The translations under genes were made by a program, and so were the position numbers. Under the pieces are notes generated by a model. The model did no database searches and was not told the DNA's origin. It saw only the letters and a list, made by a program, of their open reading frames with translations. A stretch of DNA of 64,000 bases from Anaerotignum sp. (lineage in GTDB: Bacteria > Bacillota > Clostridia > Lachnospirales > Anaerotignaceae), in contig JAFWWO010000010.1 in assembly GCA_017523325.1 (NCBI GenBank), positions 11,005-75,004 on the forward strand, read 5' to 3'. The stretch's first letter is position 1; each line of letters starts with the position of its first letter. Below, piece by piece: positions 30,533 to 42,437 of the stretch.

Positions 30533-31468
30533 TTAATCCGCATCTTTTTCATTCTCCAGCCAGATTCTTTTTTCAAATTCCCTCGCCGTAAAATCCCCCA
30601 TTTTTTTCTGACGATTCATAATAGCGGCGGACTCGCAAATCACCGCTACATTTCTGCCCGGACGAATGGGAATGGTATTACAAAGCACTTTATTCCCCAA
30701 AATTTCCATATATTCCTCACTTAAGCCCAGTCTGTCGTAGGAATCGGCTTTCCCGTCCCAAATCTCCAGATGGATGACCAAATCAATGGTTTTTTGTTCT
30801 TTTATGGCACCCACGCCGAATAATTCCTTCACATTGAGCACACCGATGCCTCGTAGTTCGATTAAATACCGAATCAGCTCCGGACAGGTACCGATCAGCC
30901 GACGATCCGCAATTTTTCTGATTTCCACCGCATCATCGGCAATCAAACGATGGCCTCTTTTGATGAGTTCCAGCGCCGTTTCACTTTTCCCGATACCGCT
31001 GGCGCCGGTAATCAGCACGCCCTCGCCGTAAATATCCACCAAAACACCGTGCATCATGACTCTTTCGGCCAGTTCTTCCCTTAGCCAGAATATCATCTCC
31101 GCATTAAACTCCGTAGTCATTTGGCTTGTGCGGAAAATAGGCACCTGATATTGTCTGCCAAACTCCAGCATTTCGGGAAAAATCTCCAGATTTTTGCAGA
31201 CAATCAAACAGGGGATATGACTCTGGAATAAATGGCAGATGGCCTCCCGCCTTTTTTCCGTAGGCAAGCTTTGTAAATAGCTGTGCTCCACCCTGCCGAT
31301 GATTTGCAGACGGTCATGGTCGAACCGCTCGTAAAATCCTGCCAGCTGCAAAGCCGGACGGTTGGTTTCCTTCCTGCTGATGCATCGCCCCTCTAAGCTG
31401 ATTTCCGGCAATATATTTTCTAACTGAAATGCTTCTACAATTTTCTTTAATTCAGCAGAATACATCAT
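30533..31468 (-). CDS. hprK: HPr kinase/phosphorylase
   Basis: HGVLVDIYG, GASGIGKSETALEL, LIADD. Confidence 0.95.
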   Translation of the reverse strand: MMYSAELKKIVEAFQLENILPEISLEGRCISRKETNRPALQLAGFYERFDHDRLQIIGRVEHSYLQSLPTEKRREAICHLFQSHIPCLIVCKNLEIFPEMLEFGRQYQVPIFRTSQMTTEFNAEMIFWLREELAERVMMHGVLVDIYGEGVLITGASGIGKSETALELIKRGHRLIADDAVEIRKIADRRLIGTCPELIRYLIELRGIGVLNVKELFGVGAIKEQKTIDLVIHLEIWDGKADSYDRLGLSEEYMEILGNKVLCNTIPIRPGRNVAVICESAAIMNRQKKMGDFTAREFEKRIWLENEKDAD

Positions 31469-31517
31469 TTTCTTCCTTTCTCTAAAAAGACGTACTTTTT
31501 TTCATCATACAGGAAAT

Positions 31518-33383
31518 TCATTGCATTTGCAAATCCTCCCTATGGAAAAAGGCATAGACCTGCTCTGCGGAAGGAATGGTCATTTCCGCCACCTCCAGCA
31601 AATCAGCCACCTCTGCCTGTGCGATGTTTTCCACGGAACCGAAATGGCGCAGAAGGGCTTTTCGGCGCACCTCGCCAATGCCCGGAATATCGTCCAAAAC
31701 CGAATGTAGATTTCGCTCCTGCCGCAGCTTGCGATGGTAAGTAATGGCGAAACGGTGTACCTCGTCCTGAATACGGGTTACCAGCTTAAACCCTTCGGAG
31801 GTCAAAGGCATCTGAATCTCTTTTTCCCGGAACAAAAGCCCTCTCGTTCGGTGCTTCTCGTCCTTCACCATACCGCAGACGGGGATTTCCATACCAAATG
31901 CCGCCAGCACTTCTTCTGCTGCATGAACTTGGGTCTTGCCGCCGTCCATCAGTATCAAATCCGGCAGACGGGTAAAACTGCTGGCTTTGCCCTCCGTCTT
32001 TTCCCGTATGGCATGGTTGAGCCTGCGGGTAATGACTTCTTTCATGGAGGCATAGTCATTGGCGCCGATTACAGTTTTAATCTTAAACTTCCGATAATCG
32101 CTGTTTTTCGCCTTTCCGTCCTCAAATACCACCATAGACCCAACGGATGCAAAGCCTTGGGTATTGGAAATATCGTAGGCCTCCACTCGCCGCAGCGGTG
32201 TCGGCAAGCCCAAGGCCTGCCGCAATTCCTCCATGGCGCCTTTGGTGCGCTGTTCCTCTCGTCTCAGCTTTTCGCCAAACTGCTCAAATATGAGCATGGC
32301 ATTTTGGTGTGCAAGCTCTACCAGTTTGTGCTTTTCCCCTTTGACAGGCACCGTCAGCGTAACCTTGCTGCCCCGTCGCCGGGCAAGATAATCAGCAATG
32401 AACCCTCGTTCCTCCTCCATCAAATCCTCCTGTAATATGATTTCCTTGGGAATAAAGGCAGTACCGCTGTAAAACTGCTTGACAAAGGCCGTCAAAATCT
32501 CGCTTCGGCTTTGTTCCTCCGGTGCGGTCAGCGTAAAATTCTCCCGTCCCGTCATTTTGCCGCCACGAATGAAAAACACCTGAACCAGACATTCCTGAAA
32601 CGCCCGTACAAAGGCAATGACATCCACATCGCCCAAGCCCGTGTTGGCCATTTTCTGTTTTTGTGCCACACTTTGAATGGCACGGAGCTTATCCCGCAGA
32701 GATGCGGCCTTTTCGTATTCCATGCTTTCCGCCGCCTCCGCCATTTCTCGCTCCATTTTTTTCATAATATCCTCATGCTTGCCCTCCAGAAAATCCATGG
32801 CGTCCTTCACATAGACCTGATACGCCGCCGCAGAAACCTTTCCGCTGCAAGGCGCCAAGCATTGCCCAATGTGAAAATTCAAGCAAGGCCGTTCCTTCCC
32901 GATTTCCTTCGGCAGGCTTTTTTTGCATTTTCGTATGGGAAAGAGCTTGTGGAGGGTTTCCACCGTTTCCTTCATGGCAAGCACATCGGTAAACGGGCCG
33001 TAATATTTCGCCTTATCCTTTTCCACCCGCCTGGTGACAAAAATTCTGGGGAACATTTCCTGCACCGTCACCTTAATATAGGGATAGGTTTTGTCATCCT
33101 TCAGCATGATATTGTAGTACGGATGATATTTTTTGATGAGGTTACATTCTAAAATCAAGGCTTCCATCTCGGAATCCGTCACAATATATTCAAACTCCCG
33201 AATATGGGGCACCATAGAGCGGGTTTTTGCCGTCTGGTTGCGGCTACTTTGGAAGTATTGCCGAACCCGATTACGTAGATTGACAGCCTTGCCCACATAA
33301 ATCACATGATGGTCGGCGTCCTTCATCAGATACACTCCCGGTTTTTGGGGCAATTTTTTCAATTCCTCTGCAATATCGAACAT
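31518..33383 (-). CDS. uvrC: Excinuclease ABC subunit C
   Basis: GIY-YIG (GVY..YVGKA), UVR domain, EAYDISN, DGG, HhH. Confidence 0.96.
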   Translation of the reverse strand: MFDIAEELKKLPQKPGVYLMKDADHHVIYVGKAVNLRNRVRQYFQSSRNQTAKTRSMVPHIREFEYIVTDSEMEALILECNLIKKYHPYYNIMLKDDKTYPYIKVTVQEMFPRIFVTRRVEKDKAKYYGPFTDVLAMKETVETLHKLFPIRKCKKSLPKEIGKERPCLNFHIGQCLAPCSGKVSAAAYQVYVKDAMDFLEGKHEDIMKKMEREMAEAAESMEYEKAASLRDKLRAIQSVAQKQKMANTGLGDVDVIAFVRAFQECLVQVFFIRGGKMTGRENFTLTAPEEQSRSEILTAFVKQFYSGTAFIPKEIILQEDLMEEERGFIADYLARRRGSKVTLTVPVKGEKHKLVELAHQNAMLIFEQFGEKLRREEQRTKGAMEELRQALGLPTPLRRVEAYDISNTQGFASVGSMVVFEDGKAKNSDYRKFKIKTVIGANDYASMKEVITRRLNHAIREKTEGKASSFTRLPDLILMDGGKTQVHAAEEVLAAFGMEIPVCGMVKDEKHRTRGLLFREKEIQMPLTSEGFKLVTRIQDEVHRFAITYHRKLRQERNLHSVLDDIPGIGEVRRKALLRHFGSVENIAQAEVADLLEVAEMTIPSAEQVYAFFHREDLQMQ

Positions 33384-33459
33384 CCACAACCGCTCCTTTC
33401 CCTCATGATTTGAAAAAAGAGAAGCCAAACTCACATTTCGCTTCTCTTTCTATTGTCTT

Positions 33460-35094
33460 TTATAATAACCGCACCCTTTGTAAGACCGGAATTAGCTTGC
33501 CACCCCCGGGCAGCGCCTGCAAATCCTCTTCCCGAATCCCTTTTATCAACAGCATAACCAAACAATAGACCAAAACTGCAACGAGAATCGCCAGTAAGGT
33601 TGCCACTGTATTATGGGGACACGCTGTAAAAATCAAACGATAGCTGCCCCATGCCGCTGCCCCCATAAACACGGAACCAATGACAGGCTTTAAGAAATTT
33701 CCCATCATATCAAATCGTGTCCCTGTCAAACGGGAAAGCATGGTTACGTCAAAAATTGCCGCCACCAAATAACAACCGGTAGTAGAAAGCACCGCTCCCA
33801 ATACATTCAGCTGCGGAATCGAAATCAGGCAGGCATTCAAAGCCACCTTTGCCACTGCCCCTAACAAAGCGCCTATCACAGGCACCTTGATATGGTCAAT
33901 CCCCTGCAAAATACCCGTGGAGGTCTGGCAAAGGGCAAGGAAAATAATGGAAATACCGCCTACTGTCAGGAGCATACCACCCTCCTGCGCCTTAGGAAAG
34001 AGCATCTGAATGATTTGTGTGCCCAAAACACTGATACCCACTGCCGCCGGCACAGAAATAATCATAGAAGTACGGAAGGTCAGCCCCATTTTACGGCGCA
34101 CCTGCTTTTTCTCCCGCAGCTTCACAGATGCAGCAATACTGGGCAATGCCGCTGTTGCAACAGCCGTAGAGATTGCCACGGGCAATGTAGTCAGCGTCAC
34201 ATATTTACCGGAAAGCTGGCCATAGAGGGCATCTGCTTGGGCATGAGTAAAGCCCGTACCCAGTAATATCCGTTTTACCATAACCATATCCACCAAATTG
34301 GTCAGGCTGAAAACCGCCGTTCCTGCAATGATAGGCCATGCCGTTTTCAACACCTGTATCACAAGCTCCCGCCGCCCCTCCTCATAAGGCTGTCTGCATC
34401 GTCTTGCCCGCCGCAAAAGAGTCGGACGAATGAGGAAATAGCTGAAAATCACAATAACCAAACCTGCCAATGCACCAATGCCGGTACCCATGGTACCGCC
34501 TGCTGCCGCCAGAGGGATATTTTTCGTTTTCCCCTCCGGAATGGCAAGTCCCAGAAAAATATATGCCAAATATACACTGAAAAAGGCATTAAACACCTGC
34601 TCTACAATCTGAGAAAGCGCTGTGGGCACCATGGTATGCATTCCTTGAAAATACCCACGATATACCGACATAATCGCCACAATCACCAAAGTTGGGCAAA
34701 GGGTCAAAATCGCATGATAGCTCTCCGGGTATTCCACCAAAACTGCGATTTTTTTTGCCGATAAAAACAGCACAATGGCAAAAAACAAGCCCAAGGCAGT
34801 AGATACCGCCAAAGCCGACTGAAATACCCGATGGGCGTTTCGGTATTGCTTCAGGGAGATGCGTTCGGAAACCATTTTGGAGATGGCCGCCGGCAGCCCT
34901 GCCGAGGAAAGTATCAGCAAAAAGGTATAAATATAATACCCTGCACCATAAATGGCATTCCCCTCGTCTCCTATCATATTGGTCAAAGGCAGGCGATATA
35001 CAAAGCCTAAAAAACGCACAAGAATACCGGCAGCCGCCAAAATTGCCGCCTGCTTAATGAATGAACCGCCTCTTTGTCCTGCCTTTGCCGCCAT
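33460..35094 (-). CDS. SpoVB/MurJ-like MOP-family flippase
   Basis: Multi-TM; GLPAAISKMVS, RGYFQG, PTALSQIVEQ. Confidence 0.85.
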   Translation of the reverse strand: MAAKAGQRGGSFIKQAAILAAAGILVRFLGFVYRLPLTNMIGDEGNAIYGAGYYIYTFLLILSSAGLPAAISKMVSERISLKQYRNAHRVFQSALAVSTALGLFFAIVLFLSAKKIAVLVEYPESYHAILTLCPTLVIVAIMSVYRGYFQGMHTMVPTALSQIVEQVFNAFFSVYLAYIFLGLAIPEGKTKNIPLAAAGGTMGTGIGALAGLVIVIFSYFLIRPTLLRRARRCRQPYEEGRRELVIQVLKTAWPIIAGTAVFSLTNLVDMVMVKRILLGTGFTHAQADALYGQLSGKYVTLTTLPVAISTAVATAALPSIAASVKLREKKQVRRKMGLTFRTSMIISVPAAVGISVLGTQIIQMLFPKAQEGGMLLTVGGISIIFLALCQTSTGILQGIDHIKVPVIGALLGAVAKVALNACLISIPQLNVLGAVLSTTGCYLVAAIFDVTMLSRLTGTRFDMMGNFLKPVIGSVFMGAAAWGSYRLIFTACPHNTVATLLAILVAVLVYCLVMLLIKGIREEDLQALPGGGKLIPVLQRVRLL

Positions 35095-35127
35095 AGTGCA
35101 CCTCTTATTTCCTACTGTCTGCCTGCC

Positions 35128-36960
35128 TTAATTTCCCCCGTGAATCCGATGCTTTCTGCGTAAATTACAATCTAAAATCTTCTTTCGCATACGCAGGCTT
35201 TGGGGAGTCACTTCCAATAGTTCGTCATCGCCGATAAATTCCATACACTGCTCCAAGGACATCTGAATGGGCGGCGTCAACCGTAACGCCTCGTCAGAGC
35301 CGCTGGAGCGGGTGTTTGTCAGCTGTTTTTTCTTACAAACGTTAATATCCATATCGTCAGCCCTTGCGTTTCTGCCAACGACCATACCTTCATATACCTT
35401 TACCCCGGCGCCGATGAATAAATCGCCCCTCTCTTGGGCGTTATATAGCCCATAGGTAATGGCCTCGCCGCTTTCAAAGGCAACCAAAGAGCCTTGGGAG
35501 CGGGTTGGAATATCCCCTTTGTAGGGCTCGTATTCATCAAATACGGAGTTCAAAATGCCGTTGCCCTTGGTGTCCGTCATAAATTCACTGCGGTAACCGA
35601 TAAGCCCACGGGCAGGGATAGAAAACTCCAGACGGGTATACCCGCCCTTGGAGGGATACATATTCCGCATTTCTCCTTTTCTGCTGCCCAGCTTTTCAAT
35701 GACGTTGCCCACAAATTCTTCCGGCACATCAATGGTCACAGCCTCCATAGGCTCGCATTTTTTCCCATCAATTTCCCGATATAATACCTCCGGCTTGGAA
35801 ACCTGAAACTCATAGCCTTCCCGCCGCAGGGTTTCGATTAAAATGGATAAATGCAGTTCCCCTCTGCCGGAAACGCGGATACAATCCATACTGTCCGTAT
35901 CCTCCACCCGCAGGCTGACATCCGTGTTCAATTCCTTGTATAATCTGTCCCGCAGGTGACGGGAGGTCACAAATTTCCCTTCCATGCCTGCAAAAGGGCT
36001 GTCGTTTACGGAAAAATTCATAGAAAGCGTAGGCTCTGAAATTTTCACGAAGGGCAGTGCCTCCGGCTTTGCGGGGGAACAGATGGTATCCCCAATCATA
36101 ATGTTTTCAATACCGCTGAGGGCAACGATATTGCCCACGCCGGCCTCTTTGACCTCTACTCTCTGTAACCCTTCAAACTGATATAGTTTGGTAATCCGCA
36201 GCTTTTTCTGGGTATCCGCATTGTGCATATTCAGCACCACCACTTCATCATTGACATGAATGACGCCGTTTTCAATCTTCCCGATGCCGATACGTCCCAC
36301 ATATTCGCTGTAATCAATGGTGGATATCAATGCCTGCAAAGGGGCATCCGGATCTCCTTGGGGTGCGGGGATATGATTGATGATAGCCTCAAACAAGGGC
36401 TTCATATCCCCTTCCCTTGCATTTGCATCTTCGGAGGCATAGCCCCCTCTTGCGGAAGCGAATACAAAGGGAGAATCCAACTGTTCGTCGCTGGCATCTA
36501 ACTCCATAAACAGCTCCAGCACCTCGTCCACCACTTCTTCGGGACGGGCTTCGGGGCGGTCTACTTTATTCACACAAACCACAACGGGATGGTGCAATTC
36601 CAATGCCTTTCGCAGTACAAATTTCGTCTGGGGCATAGGCCCTTCAAAGGCGTCCACCACCAGCACAACGCCGTCCACCATTTTCAGTACACGTTCCACC
36701 TCACCGCCAAAATCGGCATGGCCCGGTGTGTCAATGATGTTGATTTTGGTATCGCCATAATGAACGGCAGTATTTTTGGAAAGAATGGTAATGCCTCTTT
36801 CCCTCTCAATATCGCCGCTATCCATCACTCTTTCCTGTACCACCTGATTGGAGCGGAAAATCCCGCTCTGACGCAGCAACTGGTCCACCAATGTGGTTTT
36901 GCCATGGTCAACATGGGCGATGATAGCGACGTTTCTAATGCTCTCTATTTTCTGATTCAT
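35128..36960 (-). CDS. typA: Translational GTPase TypA/BipA
   Basis: AHVDHGKTT, DTPGHADFGGEVER, NKVD, GRGELHL. Confidence 0.96.
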   Translation of the reverse strand: MNQKIESIRNVAIIAHVDHGKTTLVDQLLRQSGIFRSNQVVQERVMDSGDIERERGITILSKNTAVHYGDTKINIIDTPGHADFGGEVERVLKMVDGVVLVVDAFEGPMPQTKFVLRKALELHHPVVVCVNKVDRPEARPEEVVDEVLELFMELDASDEQLDSPFVFASARGGYASEDANAREGDMKPLFEAIINHIPAPQGDPDAPLQALISTIDYSEYVGRIGIGKIENGVIHVNDEVVVLNMHNADTQKKLRITKLYQFEGLQRVEVKEAGVGNIVALSGIENIMIGDTICSPAKPEALPFVKISEPTLSMNFSVNDSPFAGMEGKFVTSRHLRDRLYKELNTDVSLRVEDTDSMDCIRVSGRGELHLSILIETLRREGYEFQVSKPEVLYREIDGKKCEPMEAVTIDVPEEFVGNVIEKLGSRKGEMRNMYPSKGGYTRLEFSIPARGLIGYRSEFMTDTKGNGILNSVFDEYEPYKGDIPTRSQGSLVAFESGEAITYGLYNAQERGDLFIGAGVKVYEGMVVGRNARADDMDINVCKKKQLTNTRSSGSDEALRLTPPIQMSLEQCMEFIGDDELLEVTPQSLRMRKKILDCNLRRKHRIHGGN

Positions 36961-37215
36961 GCTGAAATTGCTCCATTCCCTTTCATTTTTCTTACATACA
37001 ATGTTATATTTTAGCATATTCCTCCCTGCTATGCAATGTTTCGCCGAAAAAAACAAATCATAAAAAATCCCCCGTTGCCTGTATATGCGACACATACCAA
37101 AAATACAATATTTTTCTTGAATAATCTCCATTTTTCTGCTATTCTAAATACGTTATGTTATGGGAACATATTTTTTAAGCAACAAAAACATAAAGGGTAG
37201 AGGGGATGTACAGAA

Positions 37216-37701
37216 ATGTCTATCGAAAAAGTGCGGGCTTACCTAAAGGAAATGAATTGCCCGAAGGAACCCATTGAATTTGAAACCTCCAGTGCCACCG
37301 TGGAGCTGGCGGCTCAAGCGGCAGGTGTCATTCCTGCCCGTATCACAAAAACATTGTGCCTGATGTCAAAAGAAGGCCCTGTTGTCATCGCCGTTGCAGG
37401 AGATGCAAAAATCGATAACCGTAAATTCAAAGATACCTTTGGTCTAAAGGCAAAAATGCTTTCTGCAGAGGAAACATTGGAAGCAACGGGTCATGCTGTT
37501 GGCGGTGTTTGCCCCTTTGCATTGCCCGAAGGCACGAAAGCTTATGCCGATGTTTCCATGAAACGTTTTGACACAGTATTTCCCGCCGCCGGCAGCAGCA
37601 ATTCAGCCGTAGAATTGACCTGCGATGAAATTTTCCATTATGGAAAATGCATAGATTGGGTCGATGTTTGCAAAGGTTGGCAGGAAGAAAATTTCCAGTG
37701 A
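37216..37701 (+). CDS. YbaK/EbsC family tRNA-editing protein
   Basis: ITKTL, GHAVGGVCPF, AAGS. Confidence 0.88.
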   Translation: MSIEKVRAYLKEMNCPKEPIEFETSSATVELAAQAAGVIPARITKTLCLMSKEGPVVIAVAGDAKIDNRKFKDTFGLKAKMLSAEETLEATGHAVGGVCPFALPEGTKAYADVSMKRFDTVFPAAGSSNSAVELTCDEIFHYGKCIDWVDVCKGWQEENFQ

Positions 37702-37710
37702 GGTGATTTC

Positions 37711-38154
37711 ATGAAAATTTCAACAAAAGGCCGTTATGGTATCCGTATGATGCTGGAATTGGCACTGCGTTATGAGCAGGGCATCATCTCCTTGAAAACC
37801 ATTGCCAAGGTTCAGGAAATTTCCGAAAAATATCTGGAGCAAATCATCAATCCATTGACGAAAGCGGGATTGGTAAAAAGCTATCGCGGGGCACAGGGCG
37901 GCTATACACTGGCAAGATCTCCCGAACAAATCACAGTCGGAGAAGTATTACGTATCTTGGAAGGCTCTCTCTCCCCTGTGGACTGCGTGGATTATAACAA
38001 CTGCTCTAGGTCTGATTACTGCGTTTCTCTTTCCATCTGGAAAAAGATGAAGGAGGCATTGGATCAGGTGGTAGATAATATTACACTGGCGGATATGGCA
38101 AAGGAATTTATAGAAAAAAATCCTAACGAAGCATTTTTCCGCTGCAAAAACTAA
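37711..38154 (+). CDS. Rrf2 family regulator (IscR/CymR-like)
   Basis: MKISTKGRYG, SYRGAQGGY, three Cys (C-x5-C-x5-C). Confidence 0.88.
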   Translation: MKISTKGRYGIRMMLELALRYEQGIISLKTIAKVQEISEKYLEQIINPLTKAGLVKSYRGAQGGYTLARSPEQITVGEVLRILEGSLSPVDCVDYNNCSRSDYCVSLSIWKKMKEALDQVVDNITLADMAKEFIEKNPNEAFFRCKN

Positions 38155-38201
38155 AAAACTCCGCTTTCATGCCGCCCCCATACGGGGGCATTTTTTTATA
38201 G

Positions 38202-38233
38202 AAAAAGGCGTCCCATTCTATGGGACGCCTTTT
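38202..38233. terminator. Intrinsic terminator at the end of the V-ATPase operon
   Basis: AAAAAGGCGTCCCA-TTCTA-TGGGACGCCTTTT perfect hairpin. Confidence 0.8.
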
Positions 38234-38247
38234 CTGTCTTTCTATTG

Positions 38248-38928
38248 TTAAGCACCGGTCACAGCCGCATCTTGCTTTCTTCTATCCTCTATGGCCTTTT
38301 TCGCAATCATATCTTTGACCTTCATCAATCGTGTGGTGCTTGCTCTTTCATTCTCCTCCAGCTTCATGGCAATATACTTAATGGTTTCCTGATAGTTGGG
38401 GATCATGACATTTTCCAGCGCATTCACACGACGGCGGGTACGTTCAATCTCCTGTGCCAAAAGCTGTGCCGTTTTTTCACTTTCCGCCAAGCGGAGCAAG
38501 GGCTCCATGGCATCGGAGAAGGAAAGCATGGCACTATCCAGCTCACCGGAGGTAAAGGCCGGCCCGTAAGGATAGATATGATTTTCACTGCCGCTTTCCC
38601 GCTGAAAATCAAATACAGGCACATTCACACTCATGATGTTTTTTCCGGTCACCTTAACCGAAACCGCCTGCTGAGGAATCATCAGTGCCTCACCCAGACT
38701 GCTTTCGCTCATGACTGCTCTGGCAATAATGAAGTTTTGATAGGCATTTTCCAGTGCCGATTCCGCCTTTTCCCGCAGGCGTTTGTTTTCCCGTACAATT
38801 TCCATGAACTGCTTCATCAGTTCATCCAGCTTATCCTTCAATAGCTTATGGCCTCTTGTGGCAGTTTTCAGCTGTTGTTTCAAACGGGTCATTTCCATAC
38901 GGGTGGGGTTGACATTTAATCTGGCCAC
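38248..38928 (-). CDS. ntpD: V/A-type ATPase subunit D
   Basis: NPTRMEM, RGHKLLKDK, TRRRVNALE. Confidence 0.95.
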   Translation of the reverse strand: MARLNVNPTRMEMTRLKQQLKTATRGHKLLKDKLDELMKQFMEIVRENKRLREKAESALENAYQNFIIARAVMSESSLGEALMIPQQAVSVKVTGKNIMSVNVPVFDFQRESGSENHIYPYGPAFTSGELDSAMLSFSDAMEPLLRLAESEKTAQLLAQEIERTRRRVNALENVMIPNYQETIKYIAMKLEENERASTTRLMKVKDMIAKKAIEDRRKQDAAVTGA

Positions 38929-38934
38929 GCTTCA

Positions 38935-40311
38935 TCACTCCCCGTCATTCAGATATTTTTCCAAATATTCATCACGGATACGCTTCAATTCACTCTTGGG
39001 CAGCATACGCAGCAGACTCCAGCCGGTTTCCAAAGTCTGTTCAATGGTTCTGTCGGTCTGGAAGCCCTGAGAAACGTATTTCTTTTCAAACTCATCGGCA
39101 AATTTTGCATAAATCAAGTCAATATCGGATAATGCAGATTCGCCCAAAATTGCCATCAACTCTTTTGCGTCCTTCCCTCGGGAATAAGCGGCAAAAAGCT
39201 GATTCATGGTATCCGCATGGTCTTCACGGGTCTTGCCCTTGCCGATACCCTTATCCTTCAGACGGGACAGGGATGGCAATACGTTAATGGGCGGCTGAAT
39301 GCCTTTTTTGTCCAATTCACGGCTCAGGATAATCTGACCCTCTGTAATATACCCTGTCAAGTCGGGGATAGGATGGGTTTTATCCTCCTCCGGCATGGTC
39401 AGAATCGGAATCATGGTAATAGAACCGTCATGCTCTTTCATACGCCCTGCCCGCTCGTACATGGTAGCAAGGTCGGTATAGAGATAACCGGGATAGCCAC
39501 GGCGTCCGGGCACTTCTTTTTTTGCCGCAGAAACCTCACGCAGAGCCTCTGCATAGTTGGTAATATCCGTCAGAATAACCAAAACGTGCATTCCCTGTTC
39601 AAAGGCCAGATATTCCGCCGCAGTCAAAGCCATTTTCGGCGTACAGATACGCTCTACGGCAGGGTCATTTGCCAGATTGACAAAGACAACGGAACGGTCA
39701 ATGGCACCTGTTGCACGGAAATCGTTGATAAAGAATTCCGCGTCTTCAAAAGTGATACCGATAGCGGCGAATACAACGGCAAATTTGGAATCGGTCCCTC
39801 TTACCTTCGCCTGACGGGCAATCTGCACCGCCAGATTTGCATGGGGCAAACCGGAGGCGGAGAAAATCGGCAGCTTCTGTCCACGCACCAGTGTATTCAA
39901 GCCGTCAATGGCGGAAACGCCCGTCTGTATAAATTCCGCAGGATATTCTCTTGCCGCCGGGTTAATGGGCGCACCGTTGATGTCCAGTCTTTTTTCGGGG
40001 ATAATCTCCGGACCGCCGTCAATGGGCTTGCCCATACCGTCAAATACACGGCCGAGAATATCGGGGGATACGCCAAAATCCAAGCTTTTGCCCAGAAAAC
40101 GCACCTTGCTTTCCGCCAAATTGATACCCGTAGCACTTTCAAATAGCTGTACCAATGCCGTATCGCCGTTTACTTCCAATACTCTGCATTTTCTGATTTC
40201 GCCGTTGGAAAGCTCAATTTCGCCCAATTCGTCGTATTTTACATTTTCCACACCGGAAACCACCATCAGAGGGCCCGCAACTTCCTGAATGGATCTATAT
40301 TCCTTTATCAT
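38935..40311 (-). CDS. ntpB: V/A-type ATPase subunit B
   Basis: [23 protein letters not shown]. Confidence 0.96.
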   Translation of the reverse strand: MIKEYRSIQEVAGPLMVVSGVENVKYDELGEIELSNGEIRKCRVLEVNGDTALVQLFESATGINLAESKVRFLGKSLDFGVSPDILGRVFDGMGKPIDGGPEIIPEKRLDINGAPINPAAREYPAEFIQTGVSAIDGLNTLVRGQKLPIFSASGLPHANLAVQIARQAKVRGTDSKFAVVFAAIGITFEDAEFFINDFRATGAIDRSVVFVNLANDPAVERICTPKMALTAAEYLAFEQGMHVLVILTDITNYAEALREVSAAKKEVPGRRGYPGYLYTDLATMYERAGRMKEHDGSITMIPILTMPEEDKTHPIPDLTGYITEGQIILSRELDKKGIQPPINVLPSLSRLKDKGIGKGKTREDHADTMNQLFAAYSRGKDAKELMAILGESALSDIDLIYAKFADEFEKKYVSQGFQTDRTIEQTLETGWSLLRMLPKSELKRIRDEYLEKYLNDGE

Positions 40312-42095
40312 AATTCATCTGCCCCCTTTTGAATGAGTTCCTGTACTTCCTTGCGAATATCCGCCTCGATTTCATCATAGCTTTTATCCACATTGACTTC
40401 TTCGATATATTTCGCACGGCCGATACGTTCAATGACGTCCAGCTTTGTAATCTTCTGAATTGCAATGCCCTGCCCAATGGCCTCGCCCGCTTCTTTATAG
40501 AATGTCAAAATCAGCTTCAGCATACGGTACTGCTTGTGCAGGGAAGTATAGGTATCCACCTCATGGAAGGAATTCTGATGCAGGAAGTCCTCACGAATGG
40601 AGCGAGAGATTTCCAGAATCAGCCTGTCGCTGTGGGAGAGGGCATCTACCCCGACCAGCTGAACGATTTCCTGCAATTCCGCCTCTGTCTGCAGCAGACG
40701 CATTGCCTCTGTCCGCTGTTTGGAAAAATCCTCCTCCACATTTTGGTCTGCCCAAGCGTCCACCTTATCCTGATATAAGGAATAGCTGGTCAGCCAGTTG
40801 ATAGCGGGGAAATGGCGTTTGTACGCCAAAGAAGCGTCCAGCCCCCAGAATACCTTAACAATACGCAATGTGGCTTGGGATACCGGCTCGGAAATATCGC
40901 CACCGGGAGGGGATACAGCACCGATTGCTGTCAGCGTACCTACTCTGCCCTCCTCGCCGAGGCAAACCACACGGCCGGCCCGTTCATAGAACTGCGCCAG
41001 ACGGGAACCCAGATAAGCGGGATACCCTTCTTCACCGGGCATTTCCTCCAAACGGCCTGACATTTCACGCAATGCCTCTGCCCAACGGGAGGTAGAATCC
41101 GCCATCAGTGCCACACTATACCCCATATCACGGAAAAATTCCGCAATGGTAATACCTGTATAAATAGACGCCTCACGAGCCGCAACGGGCATATCGGAGG
41201 TATTTGCAATCAAAACGGTTCTCTGCATCAGGGACTCGCCTGTGCGGGGGTCTTTCAATTCAGGGAACTCGTTCAATACGTCGGTCATTTCGTTGCCACG
41301 CTCGCCGCAGCCGATGTAAACCACAATATCCGCATCAGCCCATTTTGCCAGCTGATGCTGTGTCACGGTTTTCCCGCTGCCGAAGGGTCCGGGGATTGCC
41401 GCAACGCCGCCCTTTGTAATGGGGAAGAAGGTATCGATGACCCGCTGACCCGTTACCAACGGTGCATTGGGCGTTTCCTTTGCCTTGTATGGTCTTTCCC
41501 GACGTACCGGCCATTTCTGCATCATGGTGACGTTGATATCGTTGCCCTTTTCATCGGTAATGATGCAAACGGTTTCCTCCACCGTAAATTCCCCGATAAA
41601 AATTTCCTTGATGACACCCTGTAAGCCATAGGGCACCATAATTTTACATTCCACCACTGCCGTTTCCTGTACCACGCCGATGACATCACCGGCCGCAACG
41701 GCATCACCGGTCTTTTTCGTGGGTTCAAACCTCCATTTTTTCTCTCTGTCCAGAGAAGTAACCTCGACCCCTCTGTGGATATTGGTGCCGCTGGCAGCAT
41801 ACAGCTTTTCCAAAGGGCGCTGAATCCCGTCATAAATCGTAGAAATCAGACCGGGACCCAGCTCCACGCTCATAGGCATACCAACGGAAACCACTTCTTC
41901 TCCGGGGCCAAGGCCGGAGGTTTCTTCATAAACCTGAATGGAGGCTCTGTCCCCGTGCATTTCGATAATTTCGCCAATCAAATGCTTGTCGGAAACCCGA
42001 ACCACGTCAAACATATTGGCATCTCTCATACCCTCGGCGATTACCAACGGCCCTGACACCTTTACGATCGTGCCTGTTTTCATATGCTCATTCAC
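40308..42095 (-). CDS. ntpA: V/A-type ATPase subunit A
   Basis: [30 protein letters not shown]; start may be ATG 42083. Confidence 0.96.
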   Translation of the reverse strand: MNEHMKTGTIVKVSGPLVIAEGMRDANMFDVVRVSDKHLIGEIIEMHGDRASIQVYEETSGLGPGEEVVSVGMPMSVELGPGLISTIYDGIQRPLEKLYAASGTNIHRGVEVTSLDREKKWRFEPTKKTGDAVAAGDVIGVVQETAVVECKIMVPYGLQGVIKEIFIGEFTVEETVCIITDEKGNDINVTMMQKWPVRRERPYKAKETPNAPLVTGQRVIDTFFPITKGGVAAIPGPFGSGKTVTQHQLAKWADADIVVYIGCGERGNEMTDVLNEFPELKDPRTGESLMQRTVLIANTSDMPVAAREASIYTGITIAEFFRDMGYSVALMADSTSRWAEALREMSGRLEEMPGEEGYPAYLGSRLAQFYERAGRVVCLGEEGRVGTLTAIGAVSPPGGDISEPVSQATLRIVKVFWGLDASLAYKRHFPAINWLTSYSLYQDKVDAWADQNVEEDFSKQRTEAMRLLQTEAELQEIVQLVGVDALSHSDRLILEISRSIREDFLHQNSFHEVDTYTSLHKQYRMLKLILTFYKEAGEAIGQGIAIQKITKLDVIERIGRAKYIEEVNVDKSYDEIEADIRKEVQELIQKGADEL

Positions 42096-42119
42096 CTACA
42101 ATCATATTTACAATACTAA

Positions 42120-42437
42120 TCAATCGTTAAACAATATATCTGCGCCAATGGCACGCTTCGCCGATTCACGCACTTCATTCATGCCCAGCCCCATGCTTCC
42201 GCCGATACCGGGGATAACAATAATGGCCGGCAATTCCATATCCTTGTATTTCGCCAGGCTTTCCTTTGCCTTCAGGCTGGCCTCCTCTGTGATATAAATA
42301 ATCGCATACTCTTTTTCTGCCAGCTGATGAATGGTTTTTCTGATTTCCTCCGCGCTGTAAGCGGGGAAAATATCAATTCCCAGAGCGAGAAAGCCCATGA
42401 CACTGTCTTTATCGCCAATGATACCAACTTTAGACAT
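42120..42437 (-). CDS. ntpG: V/A-type ATPase subunit F
   Basis: IGDKDSVMGF, KRAIGADI; symbol follows E. hirae naming. Confidence 0.9.
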   Translation of the reverse strand: MSKVGIIGDKDSVMGFLALGIDIFPAYSAEEIRKTIHQLAEKEYAIIYITEEASLKAKESLAKYKDMELPAIIVIPGIGGSMGLGMNEVRESAKRAIGADILFND

